This document shows, one piece after another, positions 62,901 through 64,000 of a stretch of 64,000 nt of DNA. Each line of letters opens with the position of its first letter. Positions within the stretch are counted from its first letter, which is position 1. Source of the stretch: Eledone cirrhosa (taxonomy: Eukaryota). The DNA is taken from NCBI GenBank assembly GCA_964016885.1, contig OZ024744.1:126604001-126668000 (forward strand), written 5' to 3'. Under the pieces are notes generated by a model. The model had not been told where the DNA came from. It saw only the letters and a list, made by a program, of their open reading frames with translations, and made no database searches. A program made the position numbers and the translations under genes.

Positions 62901-64000
62901 GCATCCAGTCCACACTGTAAAGTGGTAGTGTAGGTGTCACAACAAAAAGAACTCAGTCCACACTGTAAAGTGGTAGTGTAGGTGTCACGACAAAAAGCAC
63001 CCAGTCCACACTGTAAGGTGGTCATGTAGGTGTCACGACGAAAAGCATCCAGTCCACACTGTAAGGTGGTAGTGTAGGTGTCACGACAAAAAGCACTCAG
63101 TCCACACTGTAAAGTGGTAGTGTAGGTGTCACGACAAAAAGCATCCAGTCCACACTGTAAAGTGGTCATGTAGGTGTCACGACAAAAAGCACCCAGTCCA
63201 CACTGTAAGGTGGTAGTGTAGGTGTCACGACAAAAAGCATCCAGTCCACACTGTAAGGTGGTAGTGTAGGTGTCACGACAAAAAGCATCCAGTCCACACT
63301 GTAAAGTGGTCATGTAGGTGTCACGACAAAAAGCATCCAGTCCACACTGTAAAGTGGTCATGTAGGTGTCACGACAAAAAGCATCCAGTCCACACTGTAA
63401 AGTGGTCATGTAGGTGTCACGACAAAAAGCACCCAGTCCACACTGTAAGGTGGTAGTGTAGGTGTCACGACAAAAAGCACCCAGTCCACACTGTAAGGTG
63501 GTAGTGTAGGTGTCACGACAAAAAGCATCCAGTCCACACTGTAAGGTGGTTGTGTAGGTGTCACGACAAAAAGCACTCAGTCCACACTGTAAGGTGGTAG
63601 TGTAGGTGTCACGACAAAAAGCATCCAGTCCACACTGTAAGGTGGTAGTGTAGGTGTTACGACAAAAAGCACCCAGTCCACACTGTAAAGTGGTCATGTA
63701 GGTGTCACGACAAAAAGCACTCAGTCCACACTGTAAAGTGGTAGTGTAGGTGTCACAAAAAAAGCATCCAGTCCACACTGTAAGGTGGTAGTGTAGGTGT
63801 TACGACAAAAAGCACCCAGTCCACACTGTAAAGTGGTCATGTAGGTGTCACGACAAAAAGCACTCAGTCCACACTGTAAAGTGGTAGTGTAGGTGTCACG
63901 ACAAAAAGCACCTAGTCCACACTGTAAGGTGGTAGTGTAGGTGTCACGACAAAAAGCATCCAGTCCACACTGTAAGGTGGTCATGTAGGTGTCACGACAA
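50937..64000. repeat. 48-bp satellite array, about 270 monomers, continuing past the window end
   Basis: Consensus gtgtaggtgtcacgacaaaaagcacccagtccacactgtaaggtggta with a few recurrent variants and sixteen 47-bp monomers. Confidence 0.98.

Noticed and set aside
50933-63984. Long Cys-rich repeat ORFs (TTLQCGLDAFCRDTY)n as a protein gene
   Set aside because: 48 bp equals 16 codons, so one stop-free frame propagates automatically. Sixteen 47-bp monomers frameshift it, most starts are GTG, and the monomer is SINE-derived.
50937-64000. CRISPR-like array
   Set aside because: There are no unique spacers, only point variants of one monomer; no cas genes; eukaryotic context.

Overview
Eukaryotic, AT-rich, repeat-dense DNA, most likely an octopus or other coleoid cephalopod. 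This is inferred from the clustered C2H2 zinc-finger genes with PYHCDICGKSFS fingers and the SINE/RTE repertoire. 1-28.9 kb: a tandemly duplicated minus-strand C2H2-ZNF gene unit. One copy has 12 intact fingers (17364-18470) and the other is damaged at its 5' end (1-958). Their introns hold RTE LINE fragments, tRNA-derived SINEs, MITEs and minisatellites. 30.9-39.5 kb: a Penelope-like (Neptune-type) retroelement in a (TA)n tract. It has a partial-tandem layout, an inverted 5' piece and hammerhead-like motifs in both pLTRs. Its 1210-aa RT/GIY-YIG ORF is split by a 2141-bp non-coding LTR element with apparently identical 375-bp LTRs, an ATAT target duplication and an extended tRNA-Trp primer site. 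39.6-47 kb: RTE derivatives, a stand-alone hammerhead and CRE-like fragments. 50.9 kb to the end: more than 13 kb of a 48-bp satellite. It starts directly behind a tRNA-like SINE head, and its monomer occurs elsewhere in the window as a low-copy internal module of SINEs. All comparisons were made by eye; no searches or folding programs were run.
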